From Acetobacter sp. (GTDB lineage Bacteria; Pseudomonadota; Alphaproteobacteria; Acetobacterales; Acetobacteraceae), in NCBI GenBank assembly GCA_045615245.1, contig JAZLEM010000023.1:1-59201 (forward strand): a DNA stretch of 59,201 nt, given 5' to 3'. This document shows positions 1-11,484 of the stretch, in pieces (within the stretch, counting starts at the first letter, position 1; every line of letters starts with the position of its first letter). The translations under genes were made by a program, and so were the position numbers. A model generated the notes under the pieces. It was not told the origin of the DNA, ran no database searches, and worked only from the letters and a program-made list of their open reading frames with translations.

Positions 1-216
1 GATTTATATTTCCTTAACGAAGAAGGAAAAACACAAACAAGCCCCCAACAACAGGAGGAAAATACTTTCTTAAAACCTCTGGACACCTTAACCCCTGCAC
101 AAAGAGCGGTGTTATTTTGTCGCAGTATCAAAACTTCTAAAGCGGTAAGTCGATTTTTTCAAACGATTATTGATAGTTACGGGGGGGGTACACTACTCAA
201 AACGATACGAATTTAA
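1..216 (+). CDS. Upstream (frame 1) part of the Type ISP RM enzyme, SF2 helicase region; 5'-truncated by the window edge, ends at TAA 214-216 after a G8 tract
   Basis: Frame 1 is open from base 1 and reads ...PAQRAVLFCRSIKTSKAVSRFFQTIIDSYGGG. The RAVxFCxSIxxSK motif is typical of Type ISP helicase domains. Confidence 0.75.
   Translation, partial: DLYFLNEEGKTQTSPQQQEENTFLKPLDTLTPAQRAVLFCRSIKTSKAVSRFFQTIIDSYGGGTLLKTIRI
181..188 (+). repeat. G8 homopolymer at the frameshift in the Type ISP gene
   Basis: Sequence is tac-GGGGGGGG-tac. Frame 3 has TGA at 171-173 and frame 1 has TAA at 214-216, so the shift lies in 174-213. G9 (or G6) joins the two frames. Confidence 0.85.
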
Positions 217-287
217 GGAAATCAAACGCGTTTTTCAAATCAGAGGATCTAAAACTCAAAATTAAGATTGATCACATTGATGGCAGT

Positions 288-3200
288 ATGAATGCCAAAG
301 ACAGATTACAAAAATTATCGACCTTAAATAACCCGCAAGAAAATTATTGCAACATTCTCAGTAATGCCCGTTGCCTTAGTGAAGGCGTTGATGTACCAGC
401 CTTAGATTCCGTTATTTTCTTTGATCCCAAACAATCGCAAAACGATATTATTCAAGCCATTGGGCGCGTGTTAAGAAAAGCCGATAATAAAGAATTGGGC
501 TATATTATTTTACCTTTAGTACTCGATGAAAACGACTTAAACAATTTAGATGAAGCCGTTGAAGGAAAAGGTTTTCAGGGTATTTGGAAAGTCCTTTGCG
601 CGTTAAGAAGCCAAGATGATTCTTTAGTCGATGAAAGAGAATGGAAAAAGAAAATAAAACTCGCCATTCCCGATCCATTAAAACAACCCGATAAAAATAC
701 CCAAAAAGACATCAACCAACAAGGGGAGTTACTGCTCCACGCCACAACGCTACAACACTTAAGTAAAGCCTTATTTAACGTCATGCCCTCACGTATGGGG
801 GTTGAGAGATATTGGCGGACTTTTGGGAAAAAAACCGCCAAAATCACAGAAACCCTGATCGACAGAATTGAGGGCATTTTTCAGCGTGAGACTTCTCTCA
901 AAGAAAGTTATGTACAAGCCTTAAAAAGCGCCATTCACCCCAATATTACAGAAACAGAAGCAGTTGAATTATTGGCGTCTCATATTGTGACGGAGCCTAT
1001 TTTTAAGCACCTTTTTCCAGAGGGGGAAAAGGATTCCATAACCAAAGCCCTTAATAAAGTGTTAGAGGCGTTAAAAAATAACCATTTAGACAACGAAACG
1101 CGTAATTTAAAACCCCTTTACGAGAGTGTTGAGGAACAAGTTAAAAATGCCCATTCGGAAAATTCAAAACAACAGGTGATAAAAAACCTTTACGGCACGT
1201 TTTTTAAGCAGGCTTTCAAAAAACAAACCGAACGATTTGGCATTGTTTACACGCCTATAGAAGCCGTGAATTTTATTTTACGTATGACACGGGATTTAAC
1301 CCAAAAGCATTTTGGAAAAAACCTCAACGATCAAGGCGTGAAAATTTATGACCCGTTTACAGGTACGGGCTCTTTTATCACCGCATTACTCAATAAAGAA
1401 AATCATTTTATTGATGACGCCTATGTCAAAAGAAAAGTTGAAGAGGAGATCTTTGCGCAAGATATTACGCTTTTATCGTATTACATCGCGGGGGTGAATA
1501 TTGCCACGATCGCCAAAAACAGAAACCCCGCTTGTCAAGCCTTCCAAAATTTAATTTTAGGGGATTCGTTGAATAGTTTAGAACGCCAAAAAGCCAGAGA
1601 AAACACCAAACACCCCACACTCTTTGACACCCTTGGAAAAGAAATTTTTGAGGCGTTAGAACCCAACAAACAAAAAGAAGAACAATTAGACCGAGAACAC
1701 ATTAACATTATTATCGGCAACCCGCCTTATTCTGGCGGCGCAGGGTCACAAAATGATAACAATGTCAATCTGCCACACCCTGAATTAGAACAACAAATTA
1801 AAGACACATACGGGAAAGAGGGAGGGGGGTCAGGAGAGACAACACGCGATACCCTGATTCAAGCGATCCGTATGGCGACCAATAAAATAGAACAAAACGG
1901 CGGGATTATAGGCTTTATTCTCAACGGGAATTTTTTGAATGCCAAATCTGCCGACGGTTTTCGCAAATGTGTTGTGAAAGATTTTTCTAATATTTACGTG
2001 ATCAATTTAAGGGGGAATGCAAGAACATCGGGCGAAACACGTAAAAAAGAAGGGGACGGAATTTTCGACACGGGTTCCCGCGCCACTGTTGCCATTTGCT
2101 TTTTTGTGAGAAACCCGGCTTATCAAGGAGCGGCAAAAATCCATTATTACGCGGTGGAGGATTATTTAACCCGTGAAAACAAATTAAGTCTTTTAACGTC
2201 GTTTCAAACATTAGAGGATATTCCCTTTACCAATATAACACCCAACAATAAAGGCGATTGGCTCAATCAAAGAAATTCTGATTTTGAAACCCTTATTCCC
2301 TTCAAAAAGGAGAAAGGCGCTCCTCTCCAAGAAAACATACTTTTTATTGTCAATTCTACGGGATTGATGTCGTCCAGAGATGCTTGGGTCTATAATTTTT
2401 CTCGCGCACAACTGCAAAAATCAATGGAAACATGTATTGCAACCTATCGGGCAGACTGTGCCGCCTTTGATAAAAAAGCCTTTGAGGCAAGAACGCAAAA
2501 CATACCCAACGCTAACAAATATAAAGCCCTGACCGATAAAGACATAACCACAGATTCAACCAAAATTTCTTGGACGTTGGATTTAAAACAAAAATTGATT
2601 AAACAAGAAAATATCCCTGATTTTAACCCGGATTCTATCCGAACAGCCTTATATCGTCCTTTTGTCAAAACCAATCTTTATTGGGATAAAACATGGAATG
2701 AAAGTCAAAGACAATTACCTAAAATCTTCCCAGAAGAAAATTTATATAATAGAGCGATTTTGATTGGTGGCAATGCGGCGAGAGATTTTTCTGTTTTAAT
2801 GACCGATACGCTTCCCGATCGGAATTTATTACCAACGACCCAAGTTTTCCCCCTCTACACCTATACAGACTACGGCAGGGAAGACAATATCAACCCGTAT
2901 TTTGTGAAACGCTTTCAAAACGTGTTAGGGGATCACACGATTGGTTCAGAAGACATTTTTTATTATTGTTATGCGGTGTTTCATCACAAAACCTATACAG
3001 AAACTTACGCCAATGATCTCGCCAAAGAAGCACCAAGAGTGCCGATTTTGAAAGAATTTCAGACTTTGGCAGCCCTAGGCAGAGCATTAGGCGACCTCCA
3101 TTGTCGTTACGAAGAACAAACGCCCTATGACAAAACCACCATTAAAGAAGAAAATTACCGGGTAGACAAAATCAAACGCTCAAAAGATGGCGCAAAGATT

Positions 3201-3467
3201 ATCTATAACGCGTTTATGACCCTTGAGGATATTCCGCCCCAAGCCTATGCCTATACCATTAACGGCAAATCCGCCATTGATGGGTTTATAGAGCGATACC
3301 AAAACACAATGGACAAAGACACGCTTGTTCCCAACGATCCTAACGCGTTTAGAGGGGAAAAATATCTTTTTGACACCCTTTGTAAACTCATTACAGTGTC
3401 GCTTAAAAGTGTCGACCTCATCGAAAAAATTAACGTTCTTCCCTATGAACGGGTTGACGGGGGATAA
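288..3467 (+). CDS. Type ISP restriction-modification enzyme (helicase C-terminus, N6-adenine MTase and target recognition domain); downstream part of a frameshifted gene
   Basis: Helicase motifs SNARCLSEGVDVPALD and IIQAIGRVLRK; MTase GIVYTP, motif I DPFTGTGSF and motif IV GNPPY; LlaBIII-like C-terminal YRPF/QLPKIFP. Frame 3 is open upstream to 174 (IDHIDGSMNAKDR). Confidence 0.9.
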   Translation: MNAKDRLQKLSTLNNPQENYCNILSNARCLSEGVDVPALDSVIFFDPKQSQNDIIQAIGRVLRKADNKELGYIILPLVLDENDLNNLDEAVEGKGFQGIWKVLCALRSQDDSLVDEREWKKKIKLAIPDPLKQPDKNTQKDINQQGELLLHATTLQHLSKALFNVMPSRMGVERYWRTFGKKTAKITETLIDRIEGIFQRETSLKESYVQALKSAIHPNITETEAVELLASHIVTEPIFKHLFPEGEKDSITKALNKVLEALKNNHLDNETRNLKPLYESVEEQVKNAHSENSKQQVIKNLYGTFFKQAFKKQTERFGIVYTPIEAVNFILRMTRDLTQKHFGKNLNDQGVKIYDPFTGTGSFITALLNKENHFIDDAYVKRKVEEEIFAQDITLLSYYIAGVNIATIAKNRNPACQAFQNLILGDSLNSLERQKARENTKHPTLFDTLGKEIFEALEPNKQKEEQLDREHINIIIGNPPYSGGAGSQNDNNVNLPHPELEQQIKDTYGKEGGGSGETTRDTLIQAIRMATNKIEQNGGIIGFILNGNFLNAKSADGFRKCVVKDFSNIYVINLRGNARTSGETRKKEGDGIFDTGSRATVAICFFVRNPAYQGAAKIHYYAVEDYLTRENKLSLLTSFQTLEDIPFTNITPNNKGDWLNQRNSDFETLIPFKKEKGAPLQENILFIVNSTGLMSSRDAWVYNFSRAQLQKSMETCIATYRADCAAFDKKAFEARTQNIPNANKYKALTDKDITTDSTKISWTLDLKQKLIKQENIPDFNPDSIRTALYRPFVKTNLYWDKTWNESQRQLPKIFPEENLYNRAILIGGNAARDFSVLMTDTLPDRNLLPTTQVFPLYTYTDYGREDNINPYFVKRFQNVLGDHTIGSEDIFYYCYAVFHHKTYTETYANDLAKEAPRVPILKEFQTLAALGRALGDLHCRYEEQTPYDKTTIKEENYRVDKIKRSKDGAKIIYNAFMTLEDIPPQAYAYTINGKSAIDGFIERYQNTMDKDTLVPNDPNAFRGEKYLFDTLCKLITVSLKSVDLIEKINVLPYERVDGG

Positions 3468-3572
3468 TACTTCCTACGCACATTAACCAAAGTAAGCGTG
3501 TATGTGTTGTGTTTGTTGTGGTATAAACAACGCTCGCCTTGCTTTATTCACTAAAAGTTATGCACAAATGGA

Positions 3573-4025
3573 TTACTGTAAAGCGCCTTCAAGGGTTAAA
3601 AGCCAAATTTTATCTTCAAGACCACCATCACTCGAATATCCGCCTAATCCATGTTGAGCAATAACACGATGACAAGGGATAATAATGGGGATAGGGTTAC
3701 GTGCAACAGCTTGCCCAATAGAACGTGCATGACCGCCGCATTGTTGGGCGAGTTCTGTATAAGTTCTTGTTTGTCCTACGGGAATGGTGCAAAGTGCAGC
3801 CCATACACGTTTTTGGTAGGGTGTGCCAAAAGGGGATAAGGGTAAAGGAAACTCATCGGCATGTAAAGGGTTATCAAACCACTGATCGAGCCAATCTCGT
3901 GCTTGGCAAAGGAGGGGTGTTTTGGTCTGATCACGTCCCCATCCCCAATCAAGAGCAACAAGAGAGCCATTTTCTTCCGAAAGGGTGAGATCACCTAAAG
4001 GAGAATGTAAGGAAAGTTGGGGCAT
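3573..4025 (-). CDS. ogt: Methylated-DNA--protein-cysteine S-methyltransferase
   Basis: NPIPIIIPCHRV active-site motif; GTPYQKRVWAAL. Confidence 0.92.
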   Translation of the reverse strand: MPQLSLHSPLGDLTLSEENGSLVALDWGWGRDQTKTPLLCQARDWLDQWFDNPLHADEFPLPLSPFGTPYQKRVWAALCTIPVGQTRTYTELAQQCGGHARSIGQAVARNPIPIIIPCHRVIAQHGLGGYSSDGGLEDKIWLLTLEGALQ

Positions 4026-4154
4026 CAATAAAAAACTTTCAAAAAATTATTTTATATTTAAGTTATATTAGTTTGTGTATAAGGAGATAGCTGACTAAAA
4101 ATATTGTTAGCGATGAGACGAATATAAAGAACGGAGAATAAGGATAGCATATCC

Positions 4155-5480
4155 ATGGGCTATCAGGGAGAAGAGATAATTTTTGCGCTCTCAAGTGGTA
4201 TAGAACGCGCGGCTATTGCCATTATGCGTGTGAGTGGTTTAGGGAGTGCAGAAATATTAAGACATTTATGTGGTTCTTTACCCAAACCACGACATGCTGT
4301 ACTCCGAAAACTTTGGCGTGATGCCCGCGTGCAAGAGGAAGAAACTCTTTTAGATGAAGCGTTAGTTTTGTGGTTTCCTGCGCCTCGAAGTTATACGGGA
4401 GAAGATGGATTTGAGCTTCATTTACATGCAGGTCCGGCTGTTATTGAGGCTGTGTCAGAGGTATTAGTAACTTTAGGGGCACGCCCGGCAGAAGCAGGAG
4501 AGTTTACGCGTCGGGCTGTTCAAAACGGGCGCATGGATTTAATTGAGGCTGAAGGCATTGCTGATCTGATAGCGGCGGAAACAGAGAGCCAACGGAAGCA
4601 AGCGTTAGCACAAAGTAAAGGGGCGTTAAGTCGTGTTTATGATCAGTGGGCTGAAAAACTTAAAACATTATTGGCATGGCAAGAAGCCTTTATTGATTTT
4701 CCTGATGAGGAACTTCCATCTCACATAGTTGAAAAAATTCATAGCATAAGTAGAACACTCATTGCCGAAATGCAACAACATATGCAAGAAGGATGTAAGG
4801 GGGAAAGAGTCCGACGGGGGTTGACATTTGTTATTACGGGTCCCCCTAACGTTGGTAAATCGAGTTTATTAAATTGGTTAGTTCAGAGAGATGCGGCTAT
4901 TGTATCTTCACAAGCGGGAACAACGCGTGATGCTTTAGAAGTTGTCAGTACTTTGGCAGGGGTACGTGTGACTTTTATAGATACAGCAGGTTTACGAGAA
5001 ACAGAAGATATAATCGAAGCGGAGGGGGTGCGGCGTGCTTTGTTTCACGTGGAACAAGCAGATTGTATTATTCAAATGTGTTCGGCAGATATTTTGCCAG
5101 AAAAAGTGTTTTCAAACGCTATTTTGGTAGGGAATAAAGCAGATATCAAGGCATTACCTTCGCATTATGCAGGTCATGACCTGATTCCTATTAGTTTATT
5201 GACGGGTGAAGGATTATCTTGTTTATATACTCTTTTAGAAGAACGCGCCTTAGCACTGACGAAATCGGCAACAGGTATGCCTCTCTTAACACGTGCCAGA
5301 CACGAAGCCGGGGTAAGAGAAGCCTGTTTATGTTTAGAGCGTTCTCTTGATCAAACTTTACCAGAATTATGTGCTGAGGAATTACGTTTAGCTATGCAGG
5401 CATTAGGGAGGTTGACAGGGCATGTTGGTGTCGAAGATCTTTTAGAGGTTATATTTAGTCAATTTTGTATAGGAAAATAA
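4155..5480 (+). CDS. mnmE: tRNA modification GTPase MnmE
   Basis: [27 protein letters not shown]-terminal FCIGK. Confidence 0.97.
   Translation: MGYQGEEIIFALSSGIERAAIAIMRVSGLGSAEILRHLCGSLPKPRHAVLRKLWRDARVQEEETLLDEALVLWFPAPRSYTGEDGFELHLHAGPAVIEAVSEVLVTLGARPAEAGEFTRRAVQNGRMDLIEAEGIADLIAAETESQRKQALAQSKGALSRVYDQWAEKLKTLLAWQEAFIDFPDEELPSHIVEKIHSISRTLIAEMQQHMQEGCKGERVRRGLTFVITGPPNVGKSSLLNWLVQRDAAIVSSQAGTTRDALEVVSTLAGVRVTFIDTAGLRETEDIIEAEGVRRALFHVEQADCIIQMCSADILPEKVFSNAILVGNKADIKALPSHYAGHDLIPISLLTGEGLSCLYTLLEERALALTKSATGMPLLTRARHEAGVREACLCLERSLDQTLPELCAEELRLAMQALGRLTGHVGVEDLLEVIFSQFCIGK
5041..5056. promoter_or_regulatory. parS site (inside mnmE)
   Basis: TGTTTCACGTGGAACA; its reverse complement TGTTCCACGTGAAACA matches the parS consensus TGTTNCACGTGAAACA; about 3 kb from parAB. 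Confidence 0.85.
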
Positions 5481-5487
5481 AAACAAT

Positions 5488-7374
5488 ATGGAAGCACGTA
5501 ATTTTTACGATGTGGTTGTCGTCGGCGGTGGTCATGCAGGGTGTGAAGCTGCTGCGGCTGCTGCGCGATGTGGTGCCACAACATTGTTATTAACCCATCG
5601 TAAAGAGACTGTGGGGGCTATGTCTTGCAACCCTGCGATTGGGGGTGTTGGAAAGGGGCATCTTGTGCGTGAAATTGATGCTCTTGATGGTCTTATGGCG
5701 CGGGCAGCAGATGCGGCTGGTATTCATTTTAAGATATTAAATCGATCAAAAGGACCTGCTGTTCAAGGACCAAGAGCCCAAGCCGATCGATATTTATATG
5801 CACAAGCTATGCAAAACTTATTGGCTGAATATACCGGGCTTGACATTGTAGAAGGGGCGGTTGCTGATGTCATATGTGCGCCTTCTGGTCATGTTCAAGG
5901 GATTCTCACAGAAGATGGTCGGCATTGGAAGGTAGGTGCTGTTGTATTGGCAACAGGGACATTTCTGGATGGGGTTATTCATATTGGTCAAGAAATAACA
6001 CCTGCGGGACGGGTAGGAGAAGCCCCTTCTGTTTTGTTAGCTCAGAGATTAAAAAAACTCGGTTTGCGGATGGGGCGTTTGAAAACAGGAACCCCGCCAA
6101 GACTTTTACGAAAAAGCATAGATTGGTCTTCTCTTTCTTTAGATAAAGGTGATGAAAAACCTGAACCTTTTAGCCGTTTAACCCACTCTATAACGAATAA
6201 ACAATTAACTTGCGGTATAACAGCAACGACAGAACAGACACATGCTATTATTCGTGAACATGTGCATCTTTCAGCTGTTTATGGTGGGGGTATTTCTTCG
6301 CGAGGACCGCGTTATTGTCCGTCTATTGAAGATAAAATTATGCGTTTTGCCGAGAAGACAAGTCATCAAATCTTTTTAGAACCCGAAGCTTTACCAGAAC
6401 ACGACGGCGGAGATTTGATTTATCCTAATGGAATTTCGACGAGTTTGCCTGCTTTTGTACAAGAGGCTATGATTCGTTCTATTCCTGGTTTGGAGCAGGC
6501 TGTCATTGTAAGATATGGCTATGCTGTGGAGTATGATTATATAGATCCAAGAGAACTCTCTTCAGGGCTAGAATTGCGGCAATGTCCTGGTATTTTTTTG
6601 GCTGGACAAATTAACGGTACAACAGGCTATGAAGAAGCTGGCGCCCAAGGTGTGTTAGCGGGTATTAATGCAGCACGGCGTGCAGGTGGGCAATCTCTTG
6701 TTAGGCTTGATAGAGGACAGGCTTATATTGGTGTTATGGTAGATGATTTAACAACGCAAGGTGTGAGTGAACCTTATCGGATGTTAACATCACGCGCGGA
6801 ATATCGGCTAACGCTACGGGCTGATAATGCGGATATGCGTTTAACAGCACTTGGGGAGTCGTGGGGATGTGTCGGGAAAGAACGTTCTCACCTATTGGCT
6901 CGTGATCAGGCTGATATTGAACGTTTGCAACAACGTAGTGAGGTTGAGAGTTGGCATTCTCAAGAATTAGCCTCTATGGGGATTCACGTTGCTCAAGACG
7001 GGCGTCGCCGTAGTTTGTGGGATATTATGGCTTGCGGTGTTGATGAAAAATTGATCGCACAGTTAGCGCCATGGTTTTTTGAATTTTCAGAGCGCGCACG
7101 GCAACATGTTTTGTTTGAAGCACGATATAGCGGGTATTTGAATCGTCAGCGGAGAGAAATTCGTCAGCTTGAATCGGAGTCAGAAATACGTTTTCCTCCG
7201 GATTTAGATTTTACTGCTATTGGTGGATTAAGTACCGAAATGTGTGAACGTCTTCAAGCTTCAAGACCTGAAAATTTTAGTGCCGCTCGACGAGTGCCGG
7301 GGGTAACGCCATCGGCTCTTGTGGCGATATTAGCCTATATTAGAAAGGGAAAGAAACATGAGGTCTTGGCCTGA
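5488..7374 (+). CDS. mnmG: tRNA uridine-5-carboxymethylaminomethyl synthesis enzyme MnmG
   Basis: [43 protein letters not shown]. Confidence 0.98.
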   Translation: MEARNFYDVVVVGGGHAGCEAAAAAARCGATTLLLTHRKETVGAMSCNPAIGGVGKGHLVREIDALDGLMARAADAAGIHFKILNRSKGPAVQGPRAQADRYLYAQAMQNLLAEYTGLDIVEGAVADVICAPSGHVQGILTEDGRHWKVGAVVLATGTFLDGVIHIGQEITPAGRVGEAPSVLLAQRLKKLGLRMGRLKTGTPPRLLRKSIDWSSLSLDKGDEKPEPFSRLTHSITNKQLTCGITATTEQTHAIIREHVHLSAVYGGGISSRGPRYCPSIEDKIMRFAEKTSHQIFLEPEALPEHDGGDLIYPNGISTSLPAFVQEAMIRSIPGLEQAVIVRYGYAVEYDYIDPRELSSGLELRQCPGIFLAGQINGTTGYEEAGAQGVLAGINAARRAGGQSLVRLDRGQAYIGVMVDDLTTQGVSEPYRMLTSRAEYRLTLRADNADMRLTALGESWGCVGKERSHLLARDQADIERLQQRSEVESWHSQELASMGIHVAQDGRRRSLWDIMACGVDEKLIAQLAPWFFEFSERARQHVLFEARYSGYLNRQRREIRQLESESEIRFPPDLDFTAIGGLSTEMCERLQASRPENFSAARRVPGVTPSALVAILAYIRKGKKHEVLA

Positions 7375-7960
7375 CTGGATTGATGTTTCACGTGAAACGC
7401 AGGAACGTTTGGAAGTATTTGTCGCCCTTCTAAAAAAATGGAATACGCGTATTAATTTAGTTTCTTCAGGGGATATACAAAAAATATGGGAACGCCATAT
7501 TTTAGATAGTGTACAAATAGCACCTTTGTTGCAGGGACAAAAACATTTTATTGATATGGGGTCTGGTGGTGGATTTCCAGGGCTTGTAATTGCTCTTGTT
7601 ACAGGATTACCTGGTGTTTTAATAGAGGCTGATCAAAAAAAAGTTGCTTTTTTGCGAGAGGCTATACGTGTCACGGAGGCTAATTTAACGGTGATTGCGG
7701 AACGTCTTGAAAGGGTGAATATAGATCCTGCTCCTGTTGTGACAGCACGTGCTTTAGCACCTTTAAAAAAATTGCTTGATTGGTCCTATCCATTTCTGGC
7801 ACCTCACGGTATGGGTTTGTTCTTAAAAGGGCGACAAGTTGCAGAGGAAATAAAAGAAGCACAACATTATTGGCGGATGAGGGTAGATATTTACCCGAGT
7901 CTATTATCTTCTGAGGGTAATCTTTTGAAAGTGAGTCATTTGAATCGTGTCGTCTCTTGA
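7358..7960 (+). CDS. rsmG: 16S rRNA m7G527 methyltransferase
   Basis: [29 protein letters not shown]; lies between mnmG and parA. Confidence 0.95.
   Translation: MRSWPDWIDVSRETQERLEVFVALLKKWNTRINLVSSGDIQKIWERHILDSVQIAPLLQGQKHFIDMGSGGGFPGLVIALVTGLPGVLIEADQKKVAFLREAIRVTEANLTVIAERLERVNIDPAPVVTARALAPLKKLLDWSYPFLAPHGMGLFLKGRQVAEEIKEAQHYWRMRVDIYPSLLSSEGNLLKVSHLNRVVS
7384..7399. promoter_or_regulatory. parS site (5' end of rsmG)
   Basis: TGTTTCACGTGAAACG, 15/16 match to the parS palindrome; encodes VSRET. Confidence 0.85.
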
Positions 7961-8738
7961 ACAAAATAAGAAAACATGTCGTGTTTTAGCAATAGCGAGC
8001 CAAAAAGGAGGGGTTGGTAAAACAACAACGGCAATTAATTTAGCCGCGGCTCTTGCCGAGGGAGGAAGTCGTGTTGTTCTGATAGATCTTGATCCCCAAG
8101 GAAATGCCTCAACAGGGGTAGGGATAGGATATGATGCCCGTCAAGGAGGAAGCTATGCTTTATTGATGCAGGAAAAATCTTTACGTGATCTTCTTCAACC
8201 AACGGGTGTTAAAAATCTTTTTATTGTTCCAGCAAATACCGATCTTGTGGGAGCAGAAATAGAATTAGTCGATATAACTGACAGAGAGAGGAAGTTGCGT
8301 ACAGCATTGTCCCCAACTTTAGAAGACATTGAGTATATTATTATTGATTGCCCACCTAGTCTTGGCTTGTTGACCTTAAATGCTCTTGTGGCGGCTGATA
8401 GTGTTTTAGCTCCCTTACAATGTGAGTTTTTTGCTCTTGAAGGGGTAGGGCATTTGGTTAAAACGATTAGCCGTGTTACAAAAAACATGAATCCGACTTT
8501 GCGAATGATAGGCGTTGTTCTAACAATGTATGATAGGCGTAACAATTTGTCTAAACTTGTTGCCTCTGATGCACGTAGTTTTTTTCGAGAGAGTGTTTTT
8601 GAAACAGTTATCCCTCGTAATATTCGTATTTCAGAGGCACAAAGTTACGGGCAGCCTGTGATGATATACGATCCTAGTGCGACTGGTGCCTTGGCTTATG
8701 CTATGCTGGCAGAAGAAGTAAAGAGAAAAATAGTATGA
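7947..8738 (+). CDS. parA: Chromosome partitioning ATPase ParA/Soj
   Basis: [27 protein letters not shown]. Confidence 0.97.
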   Translation: MSSLEQNKKTCRVLAIASQKGGVGKTTTAINLAAALAEGGSRVVLIDLDPQGNASTGVGIGYDARQGGSYALLMQEKSLRDLLQPTGVKNLFIVPANTDLVGAEIELVDITDRERKLRTALSPTLEDIEYIIIDCPPSLGLLTLNALVAADSVLAPLQCEFFALEGVGHLVKTISRVTKNMNPTLRMIGVVLTMYDRRNNLSKLVASDARSFFRESVFETVIPRNIRISEAQSYGQPVMIYDPSATGALAYAMLAEEVKRKIV

Positions 8739-9622
8739 ATAATCTTGCAAGTCGCTCTCGTACACAACAAAAAACTCGACAGAAACAAAGACCTCAATTA
8801 GGGCAAGGTCTCGAGGCATTATTTGGCGAAGATAGAAGTGGGATTCAGTTTTTGTCGGTTGACGTGTTAGAACCTGGTCCTTTTCAGCCACGGCAGGATA
8901 TGGATGCTGAACTTTTGCAAGAACTTGCCAGTTCGATTCAAGAACATGGGGTTTTACAGCCTATTTTGGTACGTTCTCATCCACAGATCACCGGAAAATA
9001 TCAAATTATTGCAGGAGAACGGCGTTGGCGTGCCGCAGTGATTGCTCAATGTCAAACGGTTCCTGTCTATATACGTGATCTTTCCGAGACAGAGGCTAAG
9101 GTGGCGGCTTTGATTGAAAACCTTCAACGGGCAGATCTTAGTCCTATAGAAGAAGCAGAAGGGCTTTATTGTCTTTTAGAGGAACATCGTCTTTCACAAG
9201 AGGAACTTGCTAGAACGGTCGGAAAATCACGTCCTCATGTTGCAAATATGTTACGTTTATTGCGCTTACCTTTTGAACTACAGACTCAGTTGAAAAAAGG
9301 GGTTATTTCAGCAGGACATGCACGTGCTTTGTTGACGCACCCTGATCCTATTTCTGCCATGACAGAAGTTATAGCAAAAGCACTTTCTGTAAGGCAGACA
9401 GAATTACTTGTACAAAAGGCTCTTCGCCAACCAAGAAAAAATTCCAAAAATACGAATCATGTTTTATCCCAATCCGAGATAGCGGCATTAGAAAGCGATT
9501 TATGTCATCAACTCGGTTTGAAAGTGGCTATAAAATGTAACAGCAAAAAAGGGGGGACTTTTAAAATTCATTATAAAAATCTTGATCAACTCAATGCTAT
9601 TCTGACTTTATTGAAAAAATGA
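8735..9622 (+). CDS. parB: Chromosome partitioning protein ParB
   Basis: [33 protein letters not shown]. Confidence 0.97.
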   Translation: MNNLASRSRTQQKTRQKQRPQLGQGLEALFGEDRSGIQFLSVDVLEPGPFQPRQDMDAELLQELASSIQEHGVLQPILVRSHPQITGKYQIIAGERRWRAAVIAQCQTVPVYIRDLSETEAKVAALIENLQRADLSPIEEAEGLYCLLEEHRLSQEELARTVGKSRPHVANMLRLLRLPFELQTQLKKGVISAGHARALLTHPDPISAMTEVIAKALSVRQTELLVQKALRQPRKNSKNTNHVLSQSEIAALESDLCHQLGLKVAIKCNSKKGGTFKIHYKNLDQLNAILTLLKK

Positions 9623-9692
9623 AATAATATGTTTTAAGGCTTGTTTTTATCAGAGAGACATATTAAAGTTAATTGTTTCATAACGGGGTGTA

Positions 9693-9768
<76 letters not shown>

Positions 9769-9968
9769 GTTTCAGATGACAGAGAACTATTTTATTAAAA
9801 AAGTTAAAAATTGTTGAATAGACGTTGAATAGACTAAAAAATACTTTTTTTGGTTTAACGGAGTTTTAGCTTTTTTGTTTGATATAAAACACATTGTTTT
9901 AATGTTGTTGCTCCTTTTAACTTCTTATGAGATGTATATTACATAAATGACGTGAAGTTAGAAGTGTA

Positions 9969-11429
9969 ATGTTTGTTGAACCAAAAACTCATATGTCTGA
10001 CGAAAATTTATCTCTTATCCCTGTTATTTTATCGGGTGGGGCTGGGAGTAGGTTGTGGCCTGTATCACGCAAAAGTTTTCCTAAACAATTTTGGCCCCTG
10101 CTCTCTACAAAAACGCTTTTACAAGAAACAATATTGCGGGGGATAGCGGGAGGAACAGCGCGTCCTATTATCGTCTGTAATGTTGACCATCGCTTTATTG
10201 TTGCTGAACAATTACGTGCCGTTGGGGAAGAGCGTGCTTGTATTCTTTTAGAGCCGGAGGGGCGTAATTCTGCCCCTGCTATAAGTGCGGCTGCCTTTCT
10301 TATTGCTGAAGAAAACCCAGAGGCAGTTATGTGGATTATGGCGGCAGATGCGGCTATTCAAGATGAAAAGGCTTTATTAAAAGATTTGAAAGTTGCCGTG
10401 CAGACGGCGATGGCAGGGTATATTGTTACTTTTGGTATAAAACCAACGAGACCAGAAACAGGGTATGGATATATTCAATGCGGTGTACCTCTCGAAGGCA
10501 CTGATGGTGTCTACTGTGTCGATCAGTTTCTTGAAAAGCCTGATATAGATCAGGCTATGGAGCTCGTGCAGAATGAACGTAACTTATGGAATTCAGGTAT
10601 GTTTGTTGTAAAAGCACGTGTTCTTTTAGAGGAAATAGCACGTTTTGAGCCAAAAGTTTATGCTTGTGTTAAAGAGGCTGTGGCTTATCGCTCAAGTGAT
10701 ATGGATTTTGAGCGTTTGGCTGAAGAGCCTTTTAAGCAATCGCCAAATATTTCGATAGATTATGCTGTGGCAGAACGGACACGTTTGGCGACAGTTGTTC
10801 TTAGCACTTTTGGGTGGTCTGACGTTGGTAGCTGGGATGCTTTATGGGAGCTTATGCCTAAGGATGCGAATGGTAATGTCGTTTCTGGTGATGATGTTTT
10901 TCTTGAGCGTGCCCATCATTGCTATGTTCACGCCGAAAATTGTGTTACGACTCTACTTGGGGTTAAAAATCTTATAGTCGTTGTGACTAACGATGCTGTG
11001 ATGGTTGCACAGCGTGATTGTGCACAATCTGTTAAAACTATGGTTTCACGACTGATCAAAGAGGGGCGATGTGAGGCAGAACAGCATAATAAGATCTATC
11101 GTCCGTGGGGGTTTTACGAGTGTCTTATTCGTGGGGATCGTTTTCAAGTCAAGCGTATTGTTGTTAAACCAGGGCAAAGACTCTCGTTACAAAAACATTT
11201 TCATCGTGCAGAACATTGGATTATCGTGGAAGGGACAGCACTTGTAACGCGTGAAACAGAGCAAATGATGGTGCGTGAAAATGAAAGTGTTTATTTACCT
11301 TTAGGAACATTACATCGCCTCGAAAATCCAGGTTGTCTTCCTTTAACGCTTATAGAAGTGCAATCTGGTTCGTATCTAGGGGAAGATGATATTATACGCG
11401 TTGAAGACGACTATAACTCCAATTTTTAA
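9969..11429 (+). CDS. manC: Mannose-1-phosphate guanylyltransferase / mannose-6-phosphate isomerase (alternative start 9993)
   Basis: PVILSGGAGSRLWPVSR, PKQF, ETGYGYI, GWSDVGSW, cupin RPWG and LSLQKHFHRAEHW. Confidence 0.93.
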   Translation: MFVEPKTHMSDENLSLIPVILSGGAGSRLWPVSRKSFPKQFWPLLSTKTLLQETILRGIAGGTARPIIVCNVDHRFIVAEQLRAVGEERACILLEPEGRNSAPAISAAAFLIAEENPEAVMWIMAADAAIQDEKALLKDLKVAVQTAMAGYIVTFGIKPTRPETGYGYIQCGVPLEGTDGVYCVDQFLEKPDIDQAMELVQNERNLWNSGMFVVKARVLLEEIARFEPKVYACVKEAVAYRSSDMDFERLAEEPFKQSPNISIDYAVAERTRLATVVLSTFGWSDVGSWDALWELMPKDANGNVVSGDDVFLERAHHCYVHAENCVTTLLGVKNLIVVVTNDAVMVAQRDCAQSVKTMVSRLIKEGRCEAEQHNKIYRPWGFYECLIRGDRFQVKRIVVKPGQRLSLQKHFHRAEHWIIVEGTALVTRETEQMMVRENESVYLPLGTLHRLENPGCLPLTLIEVQSGSYLGEDDIIRVEDDYNSNF

Positions 11430-11484
11430 GATGTTTATATATTAAATTGGTGATGGGGGCTTGTTATCAAATGTTTATCAAACC

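Noticed and set aside
575-3087. Short antisense ORFs within the RM gene, and similar nested ORFs throughout the track
   Set aside because: They are shadows of long, motif-bearing genes and have no recognisable features.
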